Counted from the first letter of the whole stretch, positions 1 through 11,283 are shown. The stretch is DNA of 63,285 nt, filler included, from Gonapodya sp. JEL0774 (GCA_027604505.1; 28 parts of 28 records of this genome joined end to end with filler, not necessarily neighbours in it), one strand, 5' to 3'. Notes: generated by a model from the sequence alone, not told the origin. Numbers and translations are program-made.

Positions 1-427
1 TCAGTGGCGATTTGAGTGGGCACAAAACTGATTCACCGCACAGTCCACAGTTCCAAAGACACAGCTTTCATTACATAGCCAGTAGTAGTCACCCCGAGCG
101 TAATTGTAATAGTTTCATTTCCTGCTTGATCGATTTGATGCAAGCAAAAGTTAAACACCTTAAAGCCCCGTAAATTCTAAGGAACAGAATAGCGAGTGCG
201 CGGAGCAATGTACCAAGTGATTCGCAAAAGCTATGACTTCCACATACAGAACCAAGTTAGTGTTCCTTTTTTCGACTGTTCCTTTTTTCGACCGAAACAA
301 AAAGTGGTGGTTGAGAGAGTGGAAACTTAGGCTGTGGACTATGGCTGTGGACAGCTCGTAGGTGATCACCAACCAACACTCCACCCTCATCATACTTTTT
401 ACTGAATTCTCCTGGAAACCCCACAAA

Positions 428-1726
428 ATGCCCTCTTTTTCCACTCTCCAGTGGACACTTCGAATCCATCTCCGCAATAAATTCTCGCGCCCAGAGCCGT
501 CGCCTTTGCTCGCTCTCCCACCCGAACTCTTGGACCTCATTCTCAAACGCGCCAACTCCCAGAGTCAGTTCCGACTCGGACTCCCCCTGGCCCTCATAAC
601 ACGCGACAATCTGCCCACTTTCCGCGATCCGGAAGCGATCGCCGAACGCGCCGTTCACCGTTTCGGAAACCCCGTCCGAGCTTTCATCAGCGAAGGCCGC
701 CGATTTCCTGCAGTGAACCAACTTGTGATTGCTGCCATTATAGCTATTATGGCGCGCAGTGACAACTTTTCGCACTCAATTGATCTACGGGATGTATCCT
801 TCGGTGAATGGGACTACATGCTTTTGAACTTGAAACGTGTGGGGATGTTGAGGGACATTGTGCTGCTTCTGGCTTCAAACAAAATTATACAACGCTTACA
901 GCTCAGAACATCCCATCTCATTTTGGATGCAGTGTTCTCATCAAACGACACCAGACAACTTCGGACATTCATAGGAAGCAGTCCTCGATGGGATGAGTTT
1001 AACCTTTTTAAAGAAGCCTGTATCCGGTCCAAGAACTTGACTGCAGCTGAGTTGCTTCTAGATAAAATGTTGGAGAGTTGGAGAGCTTCTGAACTTGCAG
1101 AGCACCCTAGTTTCCTTAGCCTCGTCACAGACGTACTTGTGGTTCGTCAAATGCCTGATCCGATCGTCCTACATCCTTACTCCTACCACCAGAGAGCGCG
1201 CAAACGAGAGAACCCCTTCGTTCTTCGCCTTACAAAACTTCTCATCGATCGAAACCTGCTGCGCCCATCTATGTACACTTATAACCTCTACCCATTCAGA
1301 ACCCTATTCGTGGCTGCATGTTTAAAGGGGTGCAGAGGCTTGGTTAGAACCCTTTTGGATGTAGGAGTGCAGGACTTCGGGCGCGGGTTCGAACTTGCAG
1401 TGCAGTACGACCAAGCAGGCGTGGTGGAGCTCCTTCTGTCACGCACCGAATTGGATGTAGCCTCTGACATAGTCACAGCTCTTCGCACCTCGTTTGTCAC
1501 ACCGTTTGGACCTTACATGTCGGTACGGATGGTTTGGGTGCTGTTGACACAGGTCCCTTGCATCTCTGACCAGGAGGACCTGAACAGAGTGTTGAACATG
1601 ATGACGTTGAAAAAGTCCCCCTGTTTGTGGACTTTGATCCAATTTTGGCGGTTGGTGGGGTGGCGAAGGACATTTGTCAGGGAGCGTGCTACAGCGCCAG
1701 CACCGAGCCTCCCTGAAGGTGCATGA
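428..1726 (+). CDS. F-box plus ankyrin-repeat protein, intronless
   Basis: N-terminal LLALPPELLDLIL F-box-like motif; C-terminal ankyrin-like units (AACLKGCRGLVRTLLDVG, LAVQYDQAGVVELLL); ATG at 428 within the 454-aa ORF. Confidence 0.7.
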   Translation: MPSFSTLQWTLRIHLRNKFSRPEPSPLLALPPELLDLILKRANSQSQFRLGLPLALITRDNLPTFRDPEAIAERAVHRFGNPVRAFISEGRRFPAVNQLVIAAIIAIMARSDNFSHSIDLRDVSFGEWDYMLLNLKRVGMLRDIVLLLASNKIIQRLQLRTSHLILDAVFSSNDTRQLRTFIGSSPRWDEFNLFKEACIRSKNLTAAELLLDKMLESWRASELAEHPSFLSLVTDVLVVRQMPDPIVLHPYSYHQRARKRENPFVLRLTKLLIDRNLLRPSMYTYNLYPFRTLFVAACLKGCRGLVRTLLDVGVQDFGRGFELAVQYDQAGVVELLLSRTELDVASDIVTALRTSFVTPFGPYMSVRMVWVLLTQVPCISDQEDLNRVLNMMTLKKSPCLWTLIQFWRLVGWRRTFVRERATAPAPSLPEGA

Positions 1727-2179
1727 ACGAACAGATCATCGAGGATCACGTAATCTATCATTTCGTTCCGATTAGAGCCTGGACTGAGACGATAAGTTGA
1801 CTCCATCTTTAGTGACTTTGTGTGATCGTTTATGTAAGTTTCGTCCGATCACGATAAATGGGACCTTTGTTCAATTGTTACTGCGAGATTGAGAGCACTT
1901 CACGTAAGCCATATTTGACAGTATCAGGAGTCGCGAGCCGTAATTGTAATACCGTCGCTACAATTGCTTCGCTTTCTTGCTCGATTGGTTTGATGCCGAT
2001 CAAATACTTACGGAAGTTGAACGACCCAACAGTTTAGTGCTTATTACAGCTTGCGGACGGGTGTTGTTGAATGATGCATTTTATATCATCGAAGAAGCGA
2101 TGACCAGTGATGTGCATAAGTTAGTTCGTGTTACTCCCCGTGGCACCCAGAGGCGTCGATCAAACCCCCACAACAACGC

Positions 2180-2279
2180 NNNNNNNNNNNNNNNNNNNNN
2201 NNNNNNNNNNNNNNNNNNNNNNNTTAATTAATTAANNNNNNNNNNNNNNNNNNNNNNNNNNNNNNNNNNNNNNNNNNNN
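2180..2279. other. Artificial 100-nt contig spacer (N44-TTAATTAATTAA-N44); first of 27 identical spacers, one every ~2.26 kb
   Basis: Identical spacer with stops in all six frames recurs 27 times; contig lengths between spacers fall steadily from 2179 to 2153 nt. Confidence 0.98.
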
Positions 2280-3622
2280 TTGTCTACATTACCGTCCGCT
2301 TTGGAAGCCGTGTTCCGCCTGACATCTCTGCCAGTGCTGCGTTGATGACGTGACTTGGGTGTTTTCCGGCGGTTCCGCTGATGACTACCTCTCGCCGATG
2401 CCTGCGAGGGAAGTGGTACAGAATCGGTACGTGGCCTTTTTCTCCGGCCAACGTACTTTTCACTGTATTCATCGTCGTCATCGTCATCGCCGTCGTTCGT
2501 CTCTGATCGAAGCCGTATAGTCCGCGCGGGCACGTCTGATACTTGCACTGCTTCCTCGCTTGATATATTCGCATCATGTGAGTAAGTTTCTTCCGCCGTC
2601 GTCGAAGTATCACTCAACATCAGTGGTTGGTCAGTCGTTGGTACATTCTCGTGATCTGAGTGATTCTCGTCGTCAGATGGTGGTGCAACAACGAGTTCCT
2701 GTGCGGATTCACCCATTACGCCAGTTTGTGGCAACTGCGGGGTCGAGCCTGTACGACGTTGCCTCTTTCTTTGAGCATTCGAGCCTACACCATATTCGCC
2801 GTCGGTAGAGTCCGAGTCGTCAGTCTCCGAGCGACGACGACGACGACGAGACACATTTCGCGGTGGTGGTTCTTGATTATCTCTCGATATCGTCGAGTTA
2901 TCTCTCTGACGTATGATTGGCTCAACTGCTGGAGCTTCCAATACTTGGTGCTGGAGTCTGTTGCGTTGTGGTATATTGAGACGACTCGCCGTTTCGTCGT
3001 CATCATCTGGTCGACGCGCTCGGCGAATATCAGCAGAACGTCTCCGAGCAAGCTCTTGTGCTCCCTCTTCATCTGAATTATCGTCTTCATCACTGTTTGT
3101 TGCTTCTCTCATCGCGGCCGGCTGTCCCGCAATATCCAGCGGATATGCAAACGCAGTGAGACCGAGGGTGTCTTGTTCAAGGCTCCAGCCACTGTGATCC
3201 AGCTTTGTGGCGTATAGCTTGACACTTCCAAGTGTCACGCTGTCTAGAATCTGTCTAAGCTCACCAGAGCTTCTCACGAGAACGGACGCGGGACCCAGAA
3301 GTCCCCTGTCTAGTCTCGCCTGCACAGGGGCGTACTCGACAACATTCTGCTCTAATTGTTGATCCCACGTAAAACGCCGCATGACAAGGGTGGGGGCGAT
3401 TTGCAATCGAAACGGATAGCTCAACGCTCGCCGCCGAATATCATCGTTTATCTGACGATAAAGTCCACTCGTGTCAACGCCATTTCGGCCCGCAGATGCA
3501 CGCGTATGCCGCCGCTCTCCAGCGTCACTTCGGTAAATTCTTCTTGCATTGTTGGCCGGTAGAGCCTGGTCGTTCCACGTTGGTTCTCGAGAGCGTTCGA
3601 ACGCGGCCATTCTGTTGGCCAT
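2280..3622 (-). CDS. Intronless hypothetical protein (3' truncated): globular N-terminal domain resembling Polinton/virus-associated proteins, followed by a long acidic/basic disordered tail
   Basis: ORF of about 447 aa open to the contig end; segment PFRLQIAPTLVMRR...VRSSGELRQILDSVT...DHSGWSLE...AYPLD; NLS-like RRRRRR and RKRQRR runs. Confidence 0.55.
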
Positions 3623-3665
3623 CGCGTTCTAATGAATCTTTTGCATATCTTGTAGGGTTTATATT

Positions 3666-3700
3666 TTTCGGGATGGGATGAAGATCCCGAAACTTTTCGA
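3666..3700. repeat. Intergenic copy of the GGATGGGATGAAGATYYYGAAACTTTTCGA repeat, forming a 9-bp perfect hairpin
   Basis: TTTCGGGAT (3666-3674), 9-nt loop, ATCCCGAAA (3684-3692); same core as the repeats at 4340-4457. Confidence 0.8.
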
Positions 3701-3729
3701 CATTGGACGTTGTGGGATAGGATTGAATG

Positions 3730-4251
3730 TTAGTTTACACGAACTCTATGCCAGCCACGCGGAACAACAGCAACGACAGGCGCCATCTTTATGAACGCTA
3801 ATCGTATTTGGATAGGCACCCGTAATGCAGCAAAGGAATTCACTAGCTTTTCTTTAATACTGTCATTGGGAATGCTCACTGTCGTGATATCGTACCTGTG
3901 GATGTTATTCATGGATTCAAGCGCCGCAGAACTCGTAGCATCCCTACATGAAGGCAGCTCTGATTTTGTGCGCGGTGGTAAACAGACGTCTATAAAAAGA
4001 GTATACGCATTGGAAGAACCCGGTATCGCAGCTCCAAGTTTCATTTTTGCGATCTGTCTGTGGACAGCCCTCACTGCACGACATATGTCGCTCCTATCAA
4101 CATACAAATCACGAATAAACTCCAAGACTCGCTGCCTCTTATCTTCAGGAATCTTATCTTCGATTATTTTGAAACTCATATATTCAACACCCGATTGAGT
4201 TGGCTTAGCCGCGACTACAGACCCTCCACGTACTTTAAACAGGTGAACCAT
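3730..4251 (-). CDS. Intronless hypothetical protein, 173 aa
   Basis: Clean ORF from the ATG at 4251, co-oriented with and 107 nt upstream of the 3622 ORF; no family recognised. Confidence 0.55.
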   Translation of the reverse strand: MVHLFKVRGGSVVAAKPTQSGVEYMSFKIIEDKIPEDKRQRVLEFIRDLYVDRSDICRAVRAVHRQIAKMKLGAAIPGSSNAYTLFIDVCLPPRTKSELPSCRDATSSAALESMNNIHRYDITTVSIPNDSIKEKLVNSFAALRVPIQIRLAFIKMAPVVAVVPRGWHRVRVN

Positions 4252-4339
4252 GAGTATTGGATATGAAGGTTCCCGGAAAAATGTTTTTTTTTTTTTTTCA
4301 ATTGTACGGATCGGATTTGATGGGTCGAGAAACTCTTTC

Positions 4340-4457
4340 AGGATGGTGATGAAGGTTTTGAAACTTTTTGAAATCTCATTCGGGATGGGGATGGGGATGA
4401 GGATGGGATGAAGATTCTGAAACTTTTCGAAATCTCATCCGGGATGGGGATGAGGAT
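4340..4457. repeat. Tandem repeat of ~60-nt units running into the contig end
   Basis: Two units: AGGATGG(T)GATGAAGRTTYTGAAACTTTTYGAAATCTCATYCGGGATGGGGATG, starting at about 4340 and 4400. Confidence 0.85.
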
Positions 4458-4557
4458 NNNNNNNNNNNNNNNNNNNNNNNNNNNNNNNNNNNNNNNNNNN
4501 NTTAATTAATTAANNNNNNNNNNNNNNNNNNNNNNNNNNNNNNNNNNNNNNNNNNNN

Positions 4558-5755
4558 GCTTCGTTGCGTATCGACTTCATGGACGCAATCAAAGGCGTAC
4601 AGCGACCACTTACGTTTCAAAGCATCATAAAGTGTGGGACGTGTGAAGGGACAGGGCTTAAGTCTGGCAAGAAGGCGAAAGTCTGCGAGGGATGTGGGGG
4701 AACAGGTCGAGTGAGTAACCTCTCCATGTTTGGCATTACTGGGTCCGGTGATCTTCAACTCTGGGACTTATCTTGTGTTCAGAAAGTGTTTGCACGAGGT
4801 GGCTTTCAGATGGTGTCAGAGTGTCCAACATGTCAGGGAGCAGGAACCTTCATCCCCCGAGAATCACAATGTACCGGCTGCGAAGGCCACGGACGTGTGC
4901 GAGACAAGCGAACCGTGATGGTCAGCATACCCGCTGGTAAGTTAATTGCTCTGACGTGGCGTTATACGAGCACAGTGAAACATGTTTGTTACGCCAGGCA
5001 TTGACGACGGCATGAAAATCCGACTGGCGGGGCAAGGTGATGCGCCGCTTCAAGGAAACGGACCACCTGGGGACTTGTTCGTTAATGTATCGGTTAGTGC
5101 AAACATGAAGAACTTCACGTGAGAGGAAGGAGCTTCACGATCAGACTTCTCTCTACAGGTAACACCCCATCCGTCATTCCGTCGCGAAGGGAACAACATT
5201 CATTTGGACGTTCCAATCTCGTTTACGACCGCTATTTTGGGAGGAGCTGTGCGGATTCCGACAGTCGATGGTGACGTTGAGCTCAAGTTGGAACCTGGAA
5301 CTCAGCCAGAGGCACGCAAGCGTCTGGCGAAACGAGGTGCACCTATTGTGGGACGAGCATCTGGCAGGGATCGGGGAGACCAATGGGTAACAATTAAAGT
5401 CCAGCTGCCCAAAAAGTTGAGTCCACGACAGCGCGAGCTTTTGGAAGAGTGGATATCGGAAGAGGAGCCCGCCGTTGGCTCAGGCGGTGAAGAAAATTTC
5501 AAGAAGCGGGCGACTGGCGGTTCAAGTGCTTCATCTGGAACATCCGCAAGACCTTTCTCCACAGCATCTGCGGGAATGGATTCCAAGCCACCTGTTGCCG
5601 AGGACTCCAATCCAGCGTCGTCTCAGACCAGTTCAACCGAATCTGAATTACAGGAACCTACAGACCCTAAATCCGCAAAACATGGAGGTTTCTTTCAATC
5701 TGCGTCTGACTGGCTGCGAGGAAAGGAGAAGAAAGACAAAAAAATTGACACGTAG
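4558..5755 (+). CDS. MDJ1: DnaJ/Hsp40 type A co-chaperone, mitochondrial Mdj1-like (5' truncated, 3 introns)
   Basis: Four CxxCxGxG zinc-finger repeats; C-terminal IPAGIDDGMKIRLAGQGDAP, AILGGAVRIPTVDG, RGDQWVTIKVQLPKKLSPRQRELLE; introns at about 4711-4782, 4937-4997 and 5093-5158. Confidence 0.85.
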
Positions 5756-5850
5756 CAGAACTGTGATTGATTTTACTGACACTGGTATTTGATATTGGGC
5801 AATGAGCTGCAACACCGATTAAATGATGTACATCAATAGACTGAACAAAA

Positions 5851-6734
5851 CTATTCACAATGAAGTGGACAAACGTGCTAATCACGGCGTGTAGGGACAG
5901 TCAGTTCACGACTCAGTATTAGCGAGATTTGAAGAGGAACAATGACTCACTCCGCGCATGAACCAATCGGCTACGCAATCCTCGTGAAAGAGGCAAAGGC
6001 AATTCAAGAGTGCCACACGCTGACCTAGATATTCGAAAACGGTTTAAGGTCATTGATATGCTCATGACGGAGCTATTTTGCTTACCTTCGCCAAGATCCT
6101 CAAAACAAATGGAGCATTCCTTCCCTAGAGCAGATTTGGCGACCTGAACTACGTATCGGTCGCCAATGACCTTTCGCTGCGCAGGAGTCTTGTCTCTCGA
6201 ATTCACAGTTTCACTTGGACTGGCTGAGAGGCTGATTGACGGATCCAAACAATCCTGAACATGTCTCTCCGCATTTTCTTGTGTCAATAGGCCCAAAAAC
6301 TGGGAACACACGGGACAAAAGTCCATCTCGTTGTAGTCGTCCGTCCGATGCCGTTGGCGGCGAGACTCCGGATGTAGGCCTCCAACATCCGAACCCGCCC
6401 TGATTCGGCCACTTCTCCTGCGAAGGGAATCTTGCCCAGATAAGTGTGGGACGCTGTCGAAGGACACGAAACGGTGCGAAGCCGCAGCCGTCGGAGCAGA
6501 GTTTGAGACCCCCGACTCGGACTGAAAGTACTGGTCGTGAGGTCGCAGCAAAGGTCGTGGAGCGGATGGGGAAACCTCAACATGACCAACTTCCAAACGC
6601 AAAGGAGAGTCACGGGATTGAAGAAAAGCGTAGCAAGTGTCACAAACCCGGTGAACCAGAAACGAGTTAGGAAGGAAGGCAAGTCTCTGCGAGCTACACG
6701 AGCCACAGAAAACGAGTCCGCACCATCTGTGCAC
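5851..6734 (-). CDS. FYVE plus RING-H2 E3 ligase, Pib1-like (5' truncated)
   Basis: FYVE end (CGLVFCGSCS...RVCDTC); spliced RING-H2 CSICFED...LNCLCLFHEDCVADW...CPLHCE*, with stop at 5851. Confidence 0.8.
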
Positions 6735-6834
6735 NNNNNNNNNNNNNNNNNNNNNNNNNNNNNNNNNNNNNNNNNNNNTTAATTAATTAANNNNNNNNNN
6801 NNNNNNNNNNNNNNNNNNNNNNNNNNNNNNNNNN

Positions 6835-7754
6835 TCTCCTCCCTCCCTCCCGAAACCATCATCCTCATCGGCGCATACCTCCCCTTCCGTCTCGGGCTGC
6901 CGACGGGTGCCCTGTCCAAAACTCTGGCCGGCATTTGGCGGACCCCGGACAGCATCGCCGCCCGAGCCCTCGCTCACTACTCGGATCCAGGCTGTGCACT
7001 CGTGTACGAGTCCATGAGGAGCGATCCCCACCAACACCTGGTCGTCAGGGCCATCCACAGGTGGTTGGTACGGTGTTACCCTGGTAGGAAAGTGGACGAC
7101 TGTCGCGCGCACATACCCAGTAACCGCATGGTGATATCCCCCCTCGAGGCCGCCGCATACGCCGGCACCGTCCAGACCGCCACCGCTCTCCTCGACCTCG
7201 GCGCCTCTGTCGACGGCGAGACCTGGTCGTCCCAACTCCCCCTCCTCCGCGCCTGCACCTCAGACCCCCCATCCCGTCTTCCCATGGCCACCCTGCTCCT
7301 CGCCCGGGGCGCCGACAGCACCCAACCAAACGACCTCCCGCTCATCACATGCGTGGACAAGGGCGACTTAGCAATGGTGCGCCTGCTCCTATCCCACGGC
7401 GCGAACGTGGACGCGAAGCAAGGGTTCGCACTGGGCCTGGCGGCCCAACGCGGGCACCTGGACGTGGCCAAAGCCCTGGTGGACCACGGGGCAGACGTGG
7501 GCGTGAACGACAACTGGGCGCTGTGGAGTGCGGTCCGTCACGGCGGATTGGAGGTGGTGGAATTTTTGGTGGAGAAGGGGGCCGATCCAAAGGCGCCATC
7601 ACAGCACAAGCAGGCTGCTGTCAAGTTAGCGAAGGAGAAGGGACACGTGGATGTGATGAAGTTTCTTCGAGTGCAGGCGCGGGGGAGACGGAGTGGCAAG
7701 GGAACACCCGCCAAAGCGAAGGGCTACAATCGTGGCAAACGAGTTGCTCTTTAG
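6835..7754 (+). CDS. F-box-like plus ankyrin-repeat protein (5' truncated, intronless)
   Basis: Frame open from the contig start (SLPPETIILIGAYLPFRLGLP...); about 5 clear ankyrin repeats (ALGLAAQRGHLDVAKALVDHGADV). Confidence 0.85.
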
Positions 7755-9507
7755 ATCGTCGCTGTCCGCCGACGACCTCGATTATGGTGAGACTGGTCAC
7801 TGGAGAGCACAGTATTCGGGATCATATACTTGGTGCGCACGTATTTGTATATATAAAGAGCTGAAAATGACTACCACGTCCACTCCGCAACCCAGTGTCG
7901 ACCCAAGCACCCAACTGCGCTTCCCACTTCCTCTCGCCCCTGGGACCTCCCTCCCGCACTTGCCCAGAGCTCACGTCGCATGTCGATCCGTACCTGCTTC
8001 ACTGCGACGGTCGTTGCCCCACACTGGGGGCGGGTCGGCGGCACGGCACGTGAGGTAGGTCGTAGGTAGGTGGGACGTGGCGGTCCCTCCTGGGTAGTGG
8101 GCAGTGGGGCAGCGGACCGAGAGGTGCATGCTCGGTCTCGGGTTGTCGGTTTTGATCAAGCTCCTCCGAGGGCACCCTGCGCAGCGCACGGACATTCATA
8201 CATGGACACACGGGCGGGGGAGGCGAGGCACGTGGCGAATGAACTGAAGGGAGCCGCAGGTGTGGACACGTCAGGAGGGTCTGTCGAGGCTGAGGTTTCG
8301 GTACCATTCCTCCGTCCTGCATCTTCCATCCCCCACCTCATCCCGACCCACGATCTGGCTCTGCCACCGACCGCCACCGTTCTCCATCCCAACGACACAG
8401 GCACACCTCCACCCCACTCACACACTTTTGCTCTCGCGCGCCCTCAGATCGTGGCGCGCACTACTCGCACTGGTCAGCCTTCAGGGTACCACTCCACAGG
8501 ACCATCCATCACCCGAGACGTACTGAACAGGCACCGGCGGAATGGCGAGAGGTGATTGGGGAGTGGTCGCGGTTGGGGGTCGTCGGCGGTGGTGGGCGGG
8601 TGGCGAGTGGCGGGTGATTGGAGGCTGTTCGCTGGTTGCTGGTGGTGGGTGGCTGGAGGTTGGTGCTGGGTGGTGGGTGAGACGGAGTTGGGGGTGGGAT
8701 GTTTGCGAGAGGTTTTGTCTTGTTTCGTTTCGTTTCTGTTCGTTTCGGTTTTGGGCGTTTGGGTTTGAGTTTGGATCTGGACTGGACTGGACTGGACACG
8801 GTGTGAAGTGGGAAGAAGGGTGTGGTGATTGGGAGACTGAGATGCATATGTACATGTTCATAGATTGACGCTCTGACGGACAGGAATATCGGGGGTGGAG
8901 GAGGTTGGGAGGTCAGAGACCAGAGTTTAGGGGTACGACCACCAACGAACGAACTCTTGCACAACCAAGGATCCGCAGTCACTCACACTACAACTCGATT
9001 CAACAGTCANNNNNNNNNNNNNNNNNNNNNNNNNNNNNNNNNNNNNNNNNNNNTTAATTAATTAANNNNNNNNNNNNNNNNNNNNNNNNNNNNNNNNNNN
9101 NNNNNNNNNGCGGGAGTTCGCATCACTGAAGACTTGGACTGCGTGTTGCCTCGGAATCAAAACCGTCTTGAGGTCTGGTCTGATGGGAAGACTTGTGTGG
9201 GAGTGGATTCTCCGGGCTCATTGCCAGCTTCGACTCGTGACTGTGCCACACAGCACTTCCCTCAACTCCACACCTTTCATTCCTTTAGAACTGTGTAGAT
9301 ACTACATAGATTCAGAGTTTAGACAACACGTCACTAGTGATTTGCTCTAAGCGCACAATGAAGATCTACGCTTTACATAGTCCAAATGGCGCCAAGACTG
9401 GGCTTCTCATCGGCATTTATTTGAAAAACAGAACGACCACAGCGAGCTTCTCATGTGAATCAATTCGAACCTCACGCCTTCAATTTCCCTTCTATAGAAG
9501 CTGCAAG

Positions 9508-10110
9508 ATGCCACCAATCGCCATCACCAAAACCGTGACACCCGTCACCCGTGCTGCGTGGAGGGCGTGGCTCCAAGGCAATCACTCCACGGAGCTGGAA
9601 GTTTGGATGCTGTATCAAGGTCGAGCTGCCGATCGCAAGCCGCATGACATCACCTATCTCGATGCCGTTGAGGAAGCGCTCTGTTTTGGGTGGATTGACA
9701 GCACTAAAAAGGTTCACGATGGATTCACCGCCCAACGATTCAGTCCCCGTACGAAGAAGAGCAACTGGACGGAGCTCAACAAGGAACGGGCGAGGTCACT
9801 GATCGCTGCAGGCAAAATGACACCAGCAGGAGAGTCGGTGCTACCGGACCTGACGGATGGCCCGCTTGTTCTTGCCTCGGATGTGGAGAATGCTCTGAAA
9901 ATGGACAGTACCGTTTGGAGACATTTTAAGAATTTCCCAGAGAGATACAAAAAGGTGCGGATAAGCTTGATTGAGGAAGTACGGAGGAAGGACAAGAAGG
10001 AGTTTGAAAGGAGATTGGAGATATTGGTGGACAGAACGCGGAAGGGACAAATGTATGGACAGTGGGATGACTCCAGCCTAGCCCGCTCGGTCCCAACAGG
10101 TGATGAGTAG
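9508..10110 (+). CDS. YdeI/OmpD-associated (bacteriocin-protection) family protein, bacterial type, intronless
   Basis: Motifs RAAWRAWL, ITYLDAVEEALCFGWIDS, QRFSPRTKKSNWTELNKERA, GKMTPAG and a C-terminal OmdA-like domain. Confidence 0.85.
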   Translation: MPPIAITKTVTPVTRAAWRAWLQGNHSTELEVWMLYQGRAADRKPHDITYLDAVEEALCFGWIDSTKKVHDGFTAQRFSPRTKKSNWTELNKERARSLIAAGKMTPAGESVLPDLTDGPLVLASDVENALKMDSTVWRHFKNFPERYKKVRISLIEEVRRKDKKEFERRLEILVDRTRKGQMYGQWDDSSLARSVPTGDE

Positions 10111-10451
10111 TTTTCAAGCGCTTTATGCTACAAAATTGATTCATAAGTACTTCTTGTATTTGAATATCCCAACGCAGTAGTGGAAGTGTCGACGAACTAT
10201 ATGACGATGGATGTTGTTTCTAAGTTCAATTGCATAGTGGCGACGAAAAGCTCTGCCCTATGAAGAGAAACTGCAGTCCAGTAGCAATCACTTGTCAGTA
10301 CAAGTGATGCTGTTGCATGCCGAGTTCGAATTCTCTGGTAATTGGGAGTGGTTCGACGTTTGTTTGTCCGCCAAGTGCAGACGCCGACCAAAGCAAACAA
10401 GGTTTCCCCAATCCCAAATCGGCAAACACTTCCGATCTGAGAACATCGAAA

Positions 10452-11283
10452 ATGCCCATCACCCTCGTACACGCCGGTCTTTCGCCATTTGGCATCAAAT
10501 GCAAACTCGTCCTCCTCGAAAAGGGCATCCCGTATACAGTGGAACCGCCATTGCCCGAAAAAGTTGCGGGACATCCGAGGAGAGAAGTTCCCTTGTTGAT
10601 TGACGGTGACGTGAGCGTATGGGACTCCAGGATCATTTGCGAATATCTGGTAGGTGATGAGGAGGGTACTCATGCATAGATAATCTTGAATCATTAATTT
10701 TGAGCTGTTCGCGGACAATCTGAATCATTCAACCGTTATAGGAAGACAAGTTCCCTACGCCCTCAGTGATGCCTCACGATCCTGCTCTCCGCGTCCGCGC
10801 GCGAATGGCAGCTGAGGTGGTGGACACCCACCTTGAGGCAATTAACTGGGGTGTGAGTAGTAATGGATAACTTGGCCCCTTCAATTTCCGATCGGGCGAA
10901 ATTCCGAAGCTTCACGAGAATGCGATCGATGACACATTTTATCTTTACTCTCGTCTCTCTGCTGTTAGCTTGGAGAGCTCTCTTGGTTCCAACGTGCCGG
11001 ACCTCCTGACAGCCCACTTCGAAAGCAAATGATTGCTGCAGCACACAAGCAGTCTGCAAACTTCTTCACGTATCTCTCGAATCTCTTGTCATCTGATCCC
11101 TCCCAACCGTACTTTGGTGGAGACGTTTTCTCCATTGGCGACTGCGCGGTTGTGTCCAACCTGCTCCGCAGCGAGGCTTCCGGTATTCTGCCAGAGAAGG
11201 GGTCCAAACTCGCAATTTGGTGGGCCAAGGTGAAAGAAAGACCAAGTGTGAAGAAGGTCATCGAGGAGGTGAGATCTAAAAGT
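10452..11283 (+). CDS. Glutathione S-transferase (2 introns, 3' truncated)
   Basis: SPFGIKCKLVLLEKGIPY, VPLLIDGDVSVWDSRIICEYL|EDKFP, and C-terminal YFGGDVFSIGD...WWAKVKERPSV. Confidence 0.85.

Noticed and set aside
2224..2235. TTAATTAATTAA recurring about every 2.26 kb, superficially like an array repeat
   Set aside because: Embedded in N runs; it is an assembly spacer, not a CRISPR array or biological repeat.
4340..4457. CRISPR-like reading of the ~60-nt repeats
   Set aside because: No unique spacers; the units are contiguous degenerate tandem copies and no cas genes are present.
7755..9009. Many overlapping short ORFs and short (TTTCG)n/(CTGGA)n runs
   Set aside because: Low-complexity GC-skewed sequence with no recognisable protein; probably intron, UTR or intergenic.
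10452..11283. Possible selenoprotein (in-frame TGA), since some early-diverging fungi use selenocysteine
   Set aside because: The TGA codons near the GST fall in introns or other frames; no Sec-type in-frame TGA was seen in any gene I recognised.
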